Assembly: GCF_009914755.1 (NCBI RefSeq)
Contig: NC_060936.1
Reading direction: 5' to 3' (one strand)
Origin: the human T2T-CHM13v2.0 reference genome, Homo sapiens
DNA: 64,000 bases
Part shown: one piece after another, positions 39,890 to 52,690 of the stretch
Layout: every line of letters begins with the position of its first letter
How positions within the stretch are numbered: position 1 is the first letter of the stretch
The notes under the pieces: model-generated
Database searches by the model: none
Seen by the model: the letters and a program-made list of their open reading frames with translations, nothing else
Told to the model about the DNA's origin: nothing
Made by a program: the position numbers and the translations under genes

Positions 39890-40647
39890 CCACATCACAC
39901 TCATTAGTATGGTCACTATCAAAACAAACAAACCAGAAAATAAGAAGTGTTGGTGAGGATGTGGAGCAATTGGAATACTTGTGTGCTGTTGGTGGGGATG
40001 TAAAATGGTGCAACTGTTATGAAAAACAGTATAGTGATTCCTCAAAAAATTAAAGTAGAATTATTGTATCATTCAGCAATTCTACTTCAGGCCATATACT
40101 CAAAAGAATTAAAAATTAAAAGCAGGGTCTTTAAGAGATATTTGTATACCTGTGTTCATAGCAGTATTATTCACAATAGTCAAAACGTAGAAGTGTCCAC
40201 TGATGAATGAATAAACAAAATATGGTGTATATACACACAATGGAATATTATTCAGCCTTGAAAAAGAAGGCAATTCTGACATATGCTTCATTGTGGATGA
40301 ATCTTGAGGCCATTTTGCTCAGTGAAGTAAGCCATTCACGAAAAGCCAAATACTGTATGATTTCATCTCTGTGAGGTACTTAGGGTAGTGAACTTCATAG
40401 AGAGATAGTAGAATGGTGGTTACCAGGAGCTATAGGTAACCTACAGGGGAATGGGGAGTTATTGTTTAATGAGTACAGTGTTTCCATTTTGCAGGATGAA
40501 AAGAGTTCTGGAAAGGGATGGTAGTGATGGTTGCATAACAGTGTGCCATGTACTTAACACTACTGAGCTATATATGTACTTAAAAATGATTAAGATGGTA
40601 AATTTTATGTATATTTTACCACAATCAAAAATAAATTTAAAAATAAA
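39890..40647 (+). mobile_element. L1MB-type 3' end (ORF2 tail and 3'UTR)
   Basis: aagtgttggtgaggatgtggagcaattggaa...tgttcatagcagtattattcacaatagtc...ggtaaattttatgtatattttaccacaat plus A-rich tail. Confidence 0.88.
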
Positions 40648-40763
40648 AGAAAAAGGAAAGAGGAAGGCAAAAAAAGTTAAGGAAAAAAAGATGTTAAGGG
40701 GAAAAATAATATGAACAGAGACATATATAGGGATTAGGAATTTTTTTAACTTTTAAAACTAAT

Positions 40764-41700
40764 TTTTTTAAAAATTGACAGATGACATCGTATTTTTTAA
40801 ACATGTACAACATGATGTTTTGAAGCATGCATACAATGTGGAATGGTTAAATCTAACAACTGCGTTACCTCACATAGTTAACAATTGCATTACCTCACAT
40901 CCATCCAGCATACCATTTTTGTGGTGAGAGCATGTAACAACTGCTCTGTTTACATTTTTCAAGAATACAACATATCATCCTTAACTATAGTCACCTGGCT
41001 GAACAATAGATCTCTTAAATTTATTTCTCCTGTCTAACTGTAATTATGTATCCTTTGATCAACATCTCCTTATTCCCCTTTCTCCCCATAGTCATTCAGC
41101 CTCTGGTAAACTACTGTTCTACTCTCTACTTCCATGAGATCAACTTTTTCAGATTCCACATGAGTGAGATGGTGAGCTATTTGTCTGTATTAAGGACACT
41201 TAACATCCATAGTGTTGCAAATCGCAGGATTTCATTCTTATGGCTGAATAGTACTTCATTGTGTATATGTACCACATTTTCTTTAGGTCTCCATTTATTG
41301 ATGGACATGTAGGTTGATTCCATATCTTGGCTATTGTGAATAGTGCGGCAATCAACATGGGAATGCAGATATCTTTTTGACATACTGATATCATTTCCTT
41401 TGGATAAATACCCAGTAGTGGGATTGCTGTATCATATAATAGTTCTAAATGTTAATTTTTGAGGCATCTCCATACTGTTTTTCATAATGGCTGTACTCAT
41501 TTATATTCCAACCAACAGTGTACAAGCGTTTTCTTTGACCTACATCCTCGCCAACACTTGCTATCTTTAGTTTTTTTGATAATAGCCATTCTGGGGTGAG
41601 GTGATATCTCATTGTGGTTTTAGTTTGCATTTCCATGATGCTTAGTAATATTGAGCATTTTTTATCATATACCTATTGGGCATTTGTAGGTCTTCTTTTA
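40764..41700 (-). mobile_element. L1MA-type 3' end
   Basis: catgtacaacatgatgttttgaag...; minus-strand ORFs give IPMLIAALFTIAKIWNQP and QTKTTMRYHLTP (L1 ORF2p). Confidence 0.9.
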
Positions 41701-42000
41701 ATAGACATTTAATAAATGTGCAAATAGAGGCAAAAATGGCTTCTTCTGCAGTGAGAGAAGAAAGTCAATAGATCCTCTAAGGGACAGAATTTGTTTCCAT
41801 ATCCACAGACAAGAACAATTTTTTGCATTGTCATCATTTATGTATAAGAGACGAAGTTGTAAAATAGCCCCCATAGAATCAGAATTAGAGAACCTGGAAG
41901 AGTGTGCTCTAACCAATGCACCATTTTCCAGCAAAGCACATTTTTTTTTTCTACAAACGAAACTCTTGGAACAAGTAGACTACACTTTCTGTCATTCCCA

Positions 42001-42351
42001 TGTATGGAAGAATAAAAATGGCCACAAGTTATTTGCAGCTCCTTACGTCAAGAGTTGGAGTCCATTGGCTGGGTGTGGTGGCTCACGCCTATAATCCCAG
42101 CACTTTGGGAGGCTGAGGCGGGTGGATCACGAGGTCAGGAGTTCCAGACCAGCCTGGCCAACATAGTGAAACCCCGTCTCTGCTAAAAATACAAAAAATT
42201 AGCTGGGCGTGATGGCGGGTGCCTGTAATCCCAGCTACTTGGGAGGCTGAGGCAGAAGAATCACTTGAATTTGGGAGGGGAAGGTTGCCGTGAGCCAAGA
42301 TCGCGCCACTGCACTCTCTCTAGCCCAGGCGACAGTGTGTGACTCCGTCTC

Positions 42352-42382
<31 letters not shown>

Positions 42383-42845
42383 AAAAAAACACAATAAGAT
42401 GGAGTCCATTTTCTTACTCCTTAAATCTAGACTGGCCTTGTGACTTGTTTTGATTAATAAAATGTGGCAGAAGTGGCCTTGTGCAACTTCTGAAGATAGA
42501 CCCCAGGAGGCCCTGCAGCTTCCACTCTCGCTGTCTTAGAAAGCTGCTGCCCTGTGAATAAGCCTAAGCTACCCTGCTGGAAAGACCACATGGGGAGGAC
42601 CAAGGTGATCCAGCCACACTCTGCCAACCACCAGATATGTCAATAAGGCCATCTTATACCATCCAGTCCTGTCCAAGCTGTCAACTGACTATAGCCAATA
42701 AGTGAGTCTAAGTGAGAGCAACAGAGGAGATGTCTCGCTGAACCTAAGTGAAATTATCAACCACAAAATTGTGAATGAATAAATCACTTTTAAGCCACTA
42801 AGTTCTGGGGTAATTTGTTATTCAGCAAATATGGTAACTGATACA
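42001..42845 (+). mobile_element. MLT1F/G-type MaLR LTR interrupted by an Alu
   Basis: aaaatggccacaagttatttgcagctcc...ggccttgtgacttgttttga...aagccactaagttctggggtaatttgttattcagcaa...aactgataca. Confidence 0.8.
42067..42396 (+). mobile_element. AluSg-like Alu nested in MLT1
   Basis: ggatcacgaggtcaggagttccagaccagcctggccaac; TSD tggagtccatt at 42056-42066 and 42400-42410. Confidence 0.95.
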
Positions 42846-42859
42846 GATTTCACTAAATG

Positions 42860-43295
42860 GTACCTTAATTTTTCCAATTCTTCATACCCCAAAGTTTAGA
42901 GTTACCTTACCTATTCTCCTTTTTTAATATCCGGCATCTGACTTATTAGCAAGTACTCTCAGCTCTTCCTTCAAAATATATCCCAAACCTGACTATTCTT
43001 TTTGCTACTTTGGTTTGTTCTAAGGGTTATGTTTTTTTAAAAAAAATAAAACTTTTATAAAATAGAAACAAATACTATCATTTTAGCTTTAAATATATAC
43101 ATTTTTATTATATTTATAATGCTTACAATATTGTACTGTAATTAACTGTATAAATGTATTTTCCCCAAGTCTATAAGCAGTTTGAGGGCAGTAGCCACAC
43201 CGTCCTCTGTCAAGCACATCACACATTATTTTTGTAGTGGTAGTATTATGCTAGGTACATAGTAGGCTCTCAAGGAATCTCTGCTAAATAAATGA
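42860..43295 (+). mobile_element. L2 3' region
   Basis: ctcttccttcaaaatatatccc...tataagcagtttgagggcag...ggtacatagtaggctctcaag...taaataaatga. Confidence 0.55.
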
Positions 43296-44548
43296 GTGGA
43301 AATGAAAGATAATAACATAGCAATTAAAGGTCTTATTAACCCATTTATTCTGGAGGTTGCAATTTTTTGAATTTTTGCGTGAGTGAAAAATGAGACCTTG
43401 GTGATGAGCTTGAGCAGTGGGATATAAATAACCCACACATGCGTAGTGTTCCAGTGTATTGTGCATTTTCTTGACATTGATTTTCCTAAGACTGATAGTG
43501 TTATCCTATTCCTAGAAAGCCTCTGCATACCCTTAGGCATATTCTTAGTTCCTCTTGTGGCTTTTGGTGGTTTTTTGAGTATATATTTCTCTGCTACACA
43601 GATTCCATACTCCTTGAATGATTCACCCTTGTATCTCCTATGTCACTGGGTGTAGTACTTTATACAGAGTAGGTGTTAATAAATATTTCCTGAATATCAC
43701 TGAACTCTGTAAACTCAGTATTAAAGTGGAAAGCTTCACTGAAAGGATGAAAAATATTTTCCAAAGACTTGAAAGTCCTTATTAAAAATATGAGACACCA
43801 GCCAAATAAATACATTTATATACATGCAAAAAGAAAAAACAAGAAAGTAAGCAAACCAACCAGCAAAATACAAAAAAGCAAATGATTTTTTTTTTTTAAA
43901 TCAGGGAAAAATAAGCTTTTTAGAACAGCAGGCTTTTTAAAAACATGCCAAATACATGTTCTTGAATAGTGTATTTTGTCTTCTCATCTTGTTTCCTCAA
44001 CTCCTAAAATATTAGTGTTAAGAATTCATTTCACTATTATTGGAATATTAGACTTTTACACTTTTGGAAATATCTAGTAAATTCTGAAAATTGGAGACAT
44101 GAATTAATTTAATCTTTGCACAGCATGATTACCTCTTGTTAAGAAAGATATGAGTATAAACATTCTTTAAAAAAGCCTAGTCAATACCAAACTTTCTTGT
44201 GATAGAGACAGAATCACATATAGTATATATTTTTAAGAGTGCATTGTTATCTCTGAAATGTAATTTCCTCAAATCACAAAACTTATAGTTTCAATTATCT
44301 TGGAAGTACCCATCTTTTAACTATGTGAGCTTCTGCAAAGCACCACAATGTCTGTAGAAGTGGAATTCCTACCCAAATATCTGTTCTCCTGAAAGGCTGA
44401 AGAGGCTTTCCAAGGACTATACTAATACAGAATTTAAGACAATCAATATGTTGATTCTCAGCTTCCAAGTGCACTCTTTGCTATAATTAATAAATAAAAG
44501 TTTATGACTCTTCTGTGATGGAGTACAAGCTTTCTCATCTTACCTCAG

Positions 44549-44686
44549 GTATAAAATCCAACTCAGGGACAAAGGAACATTACACTTACTGGGATTGATG
44601 TTGAGAATGTAGATGACTCTGTCGACCCAGTAACAGACACATCCTTTTGTAAGATGTGGCAGTTTCCAATTCTTTGCTTTCAAAAA
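44549..44686 (+). other. candidate non-coding or poison exon (138 nt)
   Basis: ctttctcatcttacctcag| acceptor and AAA|gtaagt donor; stop codons in all three frames. Confidence 0.25.
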
Positions 44687-47013
44687 GTAAGTAAATAAAT
44701 AAAAGGAGCTCCTACTCAAACTGTTAACTGATTGATCTGTATAAGTTTTGTCACCTGACTCAGAAAGACTTGACATTGCTCTCACAAAAGGTCTTCTGTT
44801 CCCAACTTCCATGTGCATAAGTTTTTCAGTGCTTAGATTCAGAAAATAGGAATAAAATTGTTGCATTCTAGCTGTAAGAAATTTTCATTCAGATACATGA
44901 GCTAATCTTTTTTTTTTAAATGATCACCTATTTGAATAAGTGTACGAATACAATTTTATTTTTAGGTTTAAAAATAGTCTATAATATATGTTATTTTGAT
45001 TGTATACTATTAATAACTACAGTAACTCAATTCAGAAAAAATATTTTAACCCTTACAGCCTCATGGCTGTTACATATTGTTATGTATGGCTGATATAAAC
45101 TGTTAAATTTGATATACACATATGATAGGGTTATAAGTAAAATAATTTTAAGCTTAAAACATATTAAATAAATTTGTTGAGGTTGAACAGAAGTATCAAG
45201 AACTAGTTTGAGATCAAAAAGAAAAATGCAACACTTCTGACTGTTAAAGAAAAATTATTCCTGTGTTTTTAAGTGGATAATTGGTATCAAATCACTGTGA
45301 AATAATTCAGAGGAAACAAGAAATCAGTTGTGTGGAAACAACACGTGCTTTGGGACTTCAGTAAAAATTTGAGAGTTCCTTAGCACAAGGGCTGCCTCTT
45401 ACTCAACTTTATGTTCTCATGCCTAGCAAAGGGTCTGATTCAAATTGTAGAAAACATTTAAAAAACCTCTCCTCATGAGCATCATCTGTTTCCTACCGCT
45501 CAAGTCTGGTCAGCCTGCCAGTGCTAGACAACTGTGTCAGGAGACCACTGCCATGCCTGAGCTCAATCTGTTCCTTCAACCTGCAGCCCTGGAAACTTGA
45601 TCTTCTATGAACCTTGTCACTGATTTTTTTATTTCTTTGATTTTTCTCCAATAGCATTATTTGCAATGTTGTGCAAAACCCAAAACCAAACCCAAACCCT
45701 CGCTTTAAGTGCTTGCTAGATAAGTGAAAATGGATAAGTAAAAATAAAAAGTGCATAAAGGAATGAATAAATGACAAACATAAGAATCTTTAAAGGAATG
45801 TATTAAAATGATATTTTCATAACTCAGCCTTAAGCTGGTTTATGAAACATATAAGTCATCCCAGAGCCGGCTTTTTAAAAATCCTGTGGTTTTATGTTGC
45901 ATGGTTTCTATCGTGTCTCACTGTTGTAAAGACTGCATTTCAGAAGAGGCTAGATCACGCAACTCCAATTTAGTTTTACAAAATTAATGCAATTAGGGTG
46001 AGGAGAGCGATGCTGAGGCTATAAAATGAATTTAAAACATTTTTTTTTTAACTAGGAAAAAATTTCCAAGATCTGTTTAACAACTACAACAAAAATCACA
46101 TACGAGGTGGGAGAGTGAAAATAATCACTAGTTTATATTTTATCGTTCAGTGGTTGATTAAAACCATGTTTTGCTGAAATTTGTATTTGCTTAACAAAGA
46201 ACCATGCATGCTGTTGTAATAAGTTTGTTTTTACTTGCTACCAAAATATTAGTATTAATTTGGAAAAAAAATTAAAAAATATTTCAAGTGTACCATATAA
46301 TACAGTACAGCACATACAATAGTCACAGAAATGAGATGAAGGAAATCAGTCTCTTGTAGCAATCAGGGAAATCAAGACTAATCAGGTGGAACTACTTTAT
46401 TTCATTTACTTTTTCAGGGCTATTATATTAGAAAATAAATGGCAAGAGAAGAATTGATAGGACCATCAAGATTAGCCAATTTTCTTAGTAAAATAATTGT
46501 ACACAGAATGATCCATAAAACATTGATTTAAGAATAAATATCTATATAGGAATTTTAAAATTAAAAAACTATGCCCTATGAGATTATTATAATAAAATCT
46601 GTAATCTTTGGGAAATCTAAAGAAGAAAAAGTACTTCAATCTGGAACAAGAGAAAAGGAAATGTTGGCTTTGGGTACTCTGTACAAATTGAATGCAAAGC
46701 CATTAACTTTCATCAGTAGAAGATTCTATTTCACTATATTTCATTGGGATCAAAGGTATATGCAAACCTTAGTTATTTGTGTCAAAGACGGTTTGTGAGA
46801 AGATTTTAAATGTAATGATGATGCTGGTCAAACTTAGAAGCCTTGGAAAAATTGTTAAGTCAGTGATATTTATTTTTGGGAGCTGGTCACAATCCCAAAA
46901 GACACAATCCTGAATGCCATAATTCCAAATTTTCAAATCCTGAAAGATCAAAATGCTGAAAATATAATTCTGGAAAAAATAATTTAAAAATTCCTTAAAA
47001 GAGACTGGCTTAA

Positions 47014-47175
47014 CTTTTTTTTTCCTTAGAGACAGGGTCTTCCTCTTTGCCTAAGCTGGAGCGCATTGGTGTGATCATCGCTCACTGCTGCCTCAAACTC
47101 CTGGGCTCATGCGACCCTCCCACCTCAGCCTCCTGACTAGTTGGGACTACAGGTGTGTGCCACTACATTGGCTAG
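47014..47175 (-). mobile_element. FRAM/FAM-type Alu monomer (or AluJ right arm) nested in Ricksha
   Basis: gagacagggtct...gctcactgctgcctcaaactcctgggctca...gggactacaggtgtgtgccac; single monomer. Confidence 0.85.
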
Positions 47176-48101
47176 CTGTTTACTTACATTTTTCAAAGGA
47201 CATTTATATAAGAAACATATGAAAACACAATAGAACACTTAAATAGTCTACTTGACACAACGAAATAGACACTAATAATACGTGTATTTTTGTAAGCATA
47301 AACAGGTATACTAATGACAGTCACACAGGCATAACATTTATGAACAGACAAACCGTATTTATAAACACATAGGTCAAAAACTGAAATGTATAAATGCATA
47401 TCACAATGGTTGGTAATTGTGTGCACTCAGCTTTGTAACTGCAAGTCATCCGAAATACTGCGATGAACACCTGAGACTTTTGACAAGATTGATCAAAAAC
47501 CACTATGGGTTACAACTACATTATCACCACACCAGTTGCTTAAAGAGCCAAGATCTTGAGAAATTTTACCTTTTACAAATGCAGATGTACAAAAAGGACA
47601 TCTCTTCATTTATTATGGAAATTTTAATCTTTTTATGTACATGCACAATGCTTACACACAGTCAAGATTGTGATAATGCATTTTTATGGAGGCAAATTTC
47701 TAAAAAAAGTACATAAATCAGAACTCTATAAAAGTCTACACAATTTATACCTCCAGTATTGGAAATGATGCAAAGATGAAATACATAGCATAGTAAATTA
47801 TAAAAAAAAATGCTGACAATTTGAAATAGTGGGGAAAAACTAAAAGAAGAAAAAAACTAAAAAGAAATTTTGACATATGAAATGAAAAGTATATTACAGG
47901 GACAGATTGCATAGAGATAGTCCATAGGAGCTGGCCAACTTTCACCTAGCTAGCAGTTAACTGTATTTTGAAGTCTTACATCACAATGAATATCTGCTTT
48001 TTTCTCTTAGGACATGGTTCTCCTTGGATAATATGTTTACATTCATTTTCTATGTGGTGCTGCTCTTTTTGCAACTCTTCTGATTTGATATACATTGATA
48101 T

Positions 48102-48860
48102 TTTGTACAGAATTGGTTCCTTCCAGTGAGTTCTTGGTCTCGCTGACTTCAAGAATGAAGCCACAGACCTGTGCGATGAGTGTTACACAGCTCTTAAAGA
48201 TGGTGTGTCCAGAGTTTGTTCCTTCAGATGTTCAGATGTGTCCGGAGTTTCTTCCTTCTGGTGGGTTTGTCCTCTCGCTAACTTCCAAGAATGAAGCCGT
48301 GGACGTTCACAGTGAGTATTAGACCTCCTCAGGTTAGTGTGGACCCAAAGAGTGAGCGGCAGCAAGATTTATTAAGAGCAAAAGAACAAAGCTTCCACAA
48401 CACGGAAAGGGACCCAAGCTGGTTGCCTCTGCTGGCTCGGGTGGCCAGGTTTTATTCCCTTAGTTGGCCCCGCCCACATTCCGCTGATTGGTCCATTTTA
48501 CACAGTGCTGATTGGTCCATTTTACAGAGTGCTGATTGGTGCATTTTTACAGAGTGCTGATTGGTGTGTTTACAGTCCTTTGGCTAGACACAGAGTGCTG
48601 ATTGGTGTGTTTTTACAGAGTGCTGATTGGTGCATTTACAATCCTTTAGCTAGACTCAGAGTGCTGATTGGTGCGTTTTTACAGAGTGCTGATTGGTGCG
48701 TTTACAATCCTTTAGTTAGACGCAGAGTGCTGATTGGTGCGTTTACAATCCTTTAGCTAGACACAGAGCACTGATTGGTGCGTTTACAGTCCTTTAGCTA
48801 GACCGAAAAGTTCTCTAAGTCCCCACTCTACCCAGGAAGTCCAGCTGGCTTCACTTCTCA
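48102..48860 (-). mobile_element. ERV9 solo LTR (LTR12 family, short type lacking the GC-rich LTR12C segment)
   Basis: Minus strand starts tgagaagtgaagccagctggacttcctggg; tandem gctgattgg repeats; ends ...gaaccaattctgtaca; 4-bp TSD atat at 48098-48101 and 48861-48864. Confidence 0.95.
48481..48800 (-). repeat. LTR12 U3 tandem repeat array with ten CCAAT boxes
   Basis: ctgattgg counted ten times, in units of about 24-25 and 41 bp. Confidence 0.9.
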
Positions 48861-50925
48861 ATATACGCATTCCCTATTTAATTTTCCCATTTTCTTGCGA
48901 TGCTTCTGTGTTTTGGCTTTGTGGAAATCCATTCTGCATGCAATACAGAACACAAATTTGGCAAAAACAGTACTGGTGATCAAAAAGCAGCACTGTTGCA
49001 TAAGTGTCTTCTTATCCTACTATGCACATAATTATTTTCAAACTAGTCAGTAACTTAGCTGGCTTCCTCAGGCAAATGCAGCTTTAATTTATTAAAAGCC
49101 CTGGAATATCATCAGCTGGAAGGAATGCCAACACAGGTAAATGAGGCATTTTTAAACTGACGTTTTCATTCTTGCCGTGTTGTGCAGGCAATCTACTCAT
49201 TTGAATTTTTCTCCAAATGCATTGAGCTGAATGGAAAAAAACAAACTTTATTGGTAACACCCTGAAATCCACTCTTGGAAATCTTGATTGCACCTAATTC
49301 CAAATCTGTCACTATAGTTGGGGATTCAACTGAAATCCATTTTCTTCTTTATAAAGACAATAACAAGGTAATAGTTCTGCCTAACATGATGTGACTTTCC
49401 TGCGATGGTGATTTTCCAAATTTTAAATGTTTAGAATTTTAGATGATAGGGATTTAGATTTTAGAGATTTTGATCTTTTAGGATTTCAACATTCAGGATT
49501 ATGGCACTCAGTATTGCGTCTTTTGATATTATGATCCAAACCCTTTCGCTTAATAAAAAACTGTGAAACAGCTTTTTCTGTGCATTAAAAAAAAGTTTCA
49601 AGGTGGAGTTTCTTACATTAAGAGAATCTTTTTAAAGAAAATGTGTGGTGGAGAAATTTTGGAGGAGGACATCTTTATCTAATCATTTCTAGTAAGCAAA
49701 CTTTCTCTACTAGGTCAAGATCTAAGCAAACACACAAATGTGAACAACAGGGAAAGAACCCATTGACCTACCAAGACAGGCTGCCAACAGAATTTTGAAG
49801 GCTTGCCAAGATGCTTTTATGGAGGTAGAGTGAATGAGATTCCGTAAGTGCAAAATAATCCTTTTAAGACTACCCAGAAAGTAATATAAGTGAACTAGTT
49901 ATATAAGATTCAGTGAGGACTACCAAAACATTGGGAAGAAATGTGGATTTTATCATTCAAGGAAATATAATTTTATTGTAAGATATAATCTTTGTTTTTA
50001 TAGTCAAATAGAAACATTCATGCCTTAATACAACGTTTGGTAAAAAGAACTGAAGAAGACACCATAGAAGATTTTAACAAACAATGAACTCATTAGCTAA
50101 AAGATTTGTCATGAAATAATGATTGATTTAGTTGTTTTCTAAAATATTTCTAGTGCCTATTACATGTTGAAGGAGACTTTGATCATGAAGTGTGTTCTCT
50201 GAGGAGCTGCTATTTTTAATTTTATATTTGTTTGAAGTGAATTGTCCTGCTAATTCTTTAACATAAAATATCTTCAATTACATGATTCAACATTTTAAAA
50301 AGTGATTAAGACAGAAGAATATGTACTGGGATTTATTTTTGGATCTTTGAAGTAGCAAAGAGTAGCAGAACTCCTTAATCCATAGAGTGGTTATTTTGCT
50401 GTATGATGACTCTTGTATTTACTCCCTGAATTACCCTTTCCACTAAACAGTATTAATGAGACATTAGTAGGCTATAGAAAAAAATACTTCTGATCTACTT
50501 AGAAATATTCATGAGGTTTTCTCCTGGTGGATTCACATCAAATTTTATTTTTTAAAACCCCAAGTATTTTTATTTGATGATTAATAAGTAAGATGGAGGC
50601 TGGTAGGTGGAAATCGCCAGCAGGAAAATAAAATGCTTTGGCTAAGCCGACAACTGCTACTGTCCTCCTCTGTACAGACTCTCCTGCTGAAGACTCACGG
50701 AGGCTTATTTCAAGTCTTCTTTAGTTCATTGCCTGCATGTTCAAATGGAGCTGGTACTGTGACTCACAGCTTTCTGTCCAAGAATGCGATTTGTACCTCT
50801 ACAAATCTTCTACACCTTCTTCATCTAGTAAACACTTACTCTACAGGTCTCATCTCAAATCTATTACTATATGCAACTATAGTACATAAGCAAGCCATTT
50901 AAAAATGTTAAAGGAAGATATACAT

Positions 50926-51294
50926 TGATATGGTTTGGCTGTGTTCCCACCCAAATCTCATCTTGAATCGTAGCTCCCATAATCCACACGTGTCATGGGA
51001 GGGACCCAATGGAAGGTGATTAAATAATCGGGGTGGGTTTTTCCCATGCTGCTCTCATGATAGTAAATAAGTCTCATGAAATCTGATGGTTTCATAATAT
51101 AAAGGGCAGTTCCCCTGCACATGCTCTCTTGCCTGCCACCATGTAAGATGGGCCTTTGCTCCTCCTTTGCCTTCTGCCATGATTGTGAGGCCTCTCCAGC
51201 CATGTGGAACTGTAAGTCCATTAAATCTCTTTTTCTTTATAAATTACCCAGTCTTGGATATTTCTTCATAGGAGTGTGAAAATGGACTAATAGA
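50926..51294 (+). mobile_element. THE1 (THE1B/C-like) MaLR solo LTR
   Basis: tgatatggtttggctgtgttcccacccaaatctcatcttgaa...gaaaatggactaataga; perfect 5-bp TSD tacat. Confidence 0.95.
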
Positions 51295-52503
51295 TACATA
51301 TAGGTACACATACATGTATACATAAAGCCATTTCAAAAGACTTTGCTTCCTGAAGTTTGTAAATGTAAACAAATTTATTGTACAATCATTTAGGTTACTA
51401 CGTTCCTCACTAACATAGAAACAATATCTAAAATGGGTACTTATAGGGTTATTAAAATATAGTATGAATATGGCTACTGGAAAAAAGTCAAAGATATATT
51501 TTGAGGCCACTACTCTACGTCTCTTGCTGTTCTCTTGTACACATTTGATATTGCACAAAAGCCAAAACTTTGGACTCCTTTGATTAAAGGCAAGGTCAAG
51601 TAATCCTGCTGGTTCTACCTCTCCTCCCATTTCTTAAATGAAAGGATGTAGTCATATAAGGTGCTGTTCAGTAAAATGGTGCCGTGAATTCAGCATGAAA
51701 TGTCTGGGCAAGTGTTTTTCAAGTTCTCACATATATACTATATTTATCTTCCTCCTTTTCCCTCCTCAACCTCAGTCCCCGTCACCCAGTGTTTCGTAAG
51801 GTTTTACTTTCTGTAGCTTATACTGTAAAACCAGGAGTTCCCTTCCTCCTCTCCCAAATATAACCTTTTCTAATAATATTAATTGCACTTTCCCTAACTA
51901 TACATACCTCCCTGGAGATTTTGAACTGTAATTCTTTCTCTCCTCCATTTTCCTTGAGCATTTTTCATCTAGTGGAATATTCGGTGGCAAAGCTCTCATT
52001 CTGGAAGAAGTTTAGCCATGTAAGCATAGAAGAAATAAGCCAACAATGGTAAACATAGTTAATGCATGTAGTTAAGTCTTCTAAACATGTCACTTGAATG
52101 ATGTCACATTTTGCTTTTTCAAACTAGGAATCAACAAAATGGAGGAACATTTGAGGTTTGTTAAGAAATTTCCCTTCTTAGCCATAGAACTAAGATATTT
52201 TTAAATAAAGAAGATCATAGTGGGCCATAAATGATGTGCCTTTCTAGGATCCCAAAATGTTTTATTGATTGAATTATATAGAGAGATTTAATGGAACCGT
52301 GGTTGAAAAATGCTTTTAAAGTCTTTGATCACTGGGATATCAATGGAACAAATGGGTTAAAACATTTTCAGAATTTAATCATTTATCTAGGTAACAGGGT
52401 TGGGGGTAAATGGCGGGAGAGAAGGGGAGGGCCGGGGCATTAATGAATAGTACTCCATGTAAAAAGAAGAATTGACTAGTAACATCTGTACTATTTAAAT
52501 TAA

Positions 52504-52690
52504 CAGGCTGGCATATATTGTTGTGCAGGTTTTGCATTGCCCAATTCTTGGGGGGGCGGCATTCACATTTGTAGTCATTATGGGTTCCTCTATTTATAAT
52601 GCCAATTTTCTAGCAGATGTTGGTTTATTGCCTTGAGAAACTGTTAGATTCCTCTAATTTTTGCAAAGATGCCTTTGGGAAGTTGAAAGA
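52504..52690. mobile_element. MER91-like hAT-Tip100 fragment
   Basis: ttgtgcagg...ggggggcggcattcacatttgtagtc...aattttctagcagatg resembles the recalled MER91 consensus. Confidence 0.45.

Larger units (their letters stand above)
47905..49345 (-). pseudogene. decayed MULE (Mutator-like) DDE transposase C-terminal part inside Ricksha, interrupted by LTR12
   Basis: Manual minus-strand translation across frameshifts: TIVTDLELGAIK..GFQGVTNKVCFF/HSAQCIWRKIQ..VLAFLPADDIP/AFNKLK..FENNYV..GFPQSQNTEA..[LTR12]..EELQKEQHHIENE; several stops. Confidence 0.75.
46878..49543 (-). mobile_element. Ricksha (Mutator/MULE-MuDR DNA transposon), both termini present, about 1.7 kb after removing nested FRAM and LTR12
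   Basis: Long TIRs: gggagctggtcacaatcccaaaagacacaatcctgaatgccataat... and ...attatggcactcagtattgcgtcttttgatattatgatccaaaccc; internal MULE transposase remnant on the minus strand. Confidence 0.85.

Noticed and set aside
48481-48800. Repeat array with variable spacers, superficially CRISPR-like
   Set aside because: It is the standard LTR12 U3 tandem repeat. The spacers are themselves repeated, the context is primate DNA and there are no cas genes.
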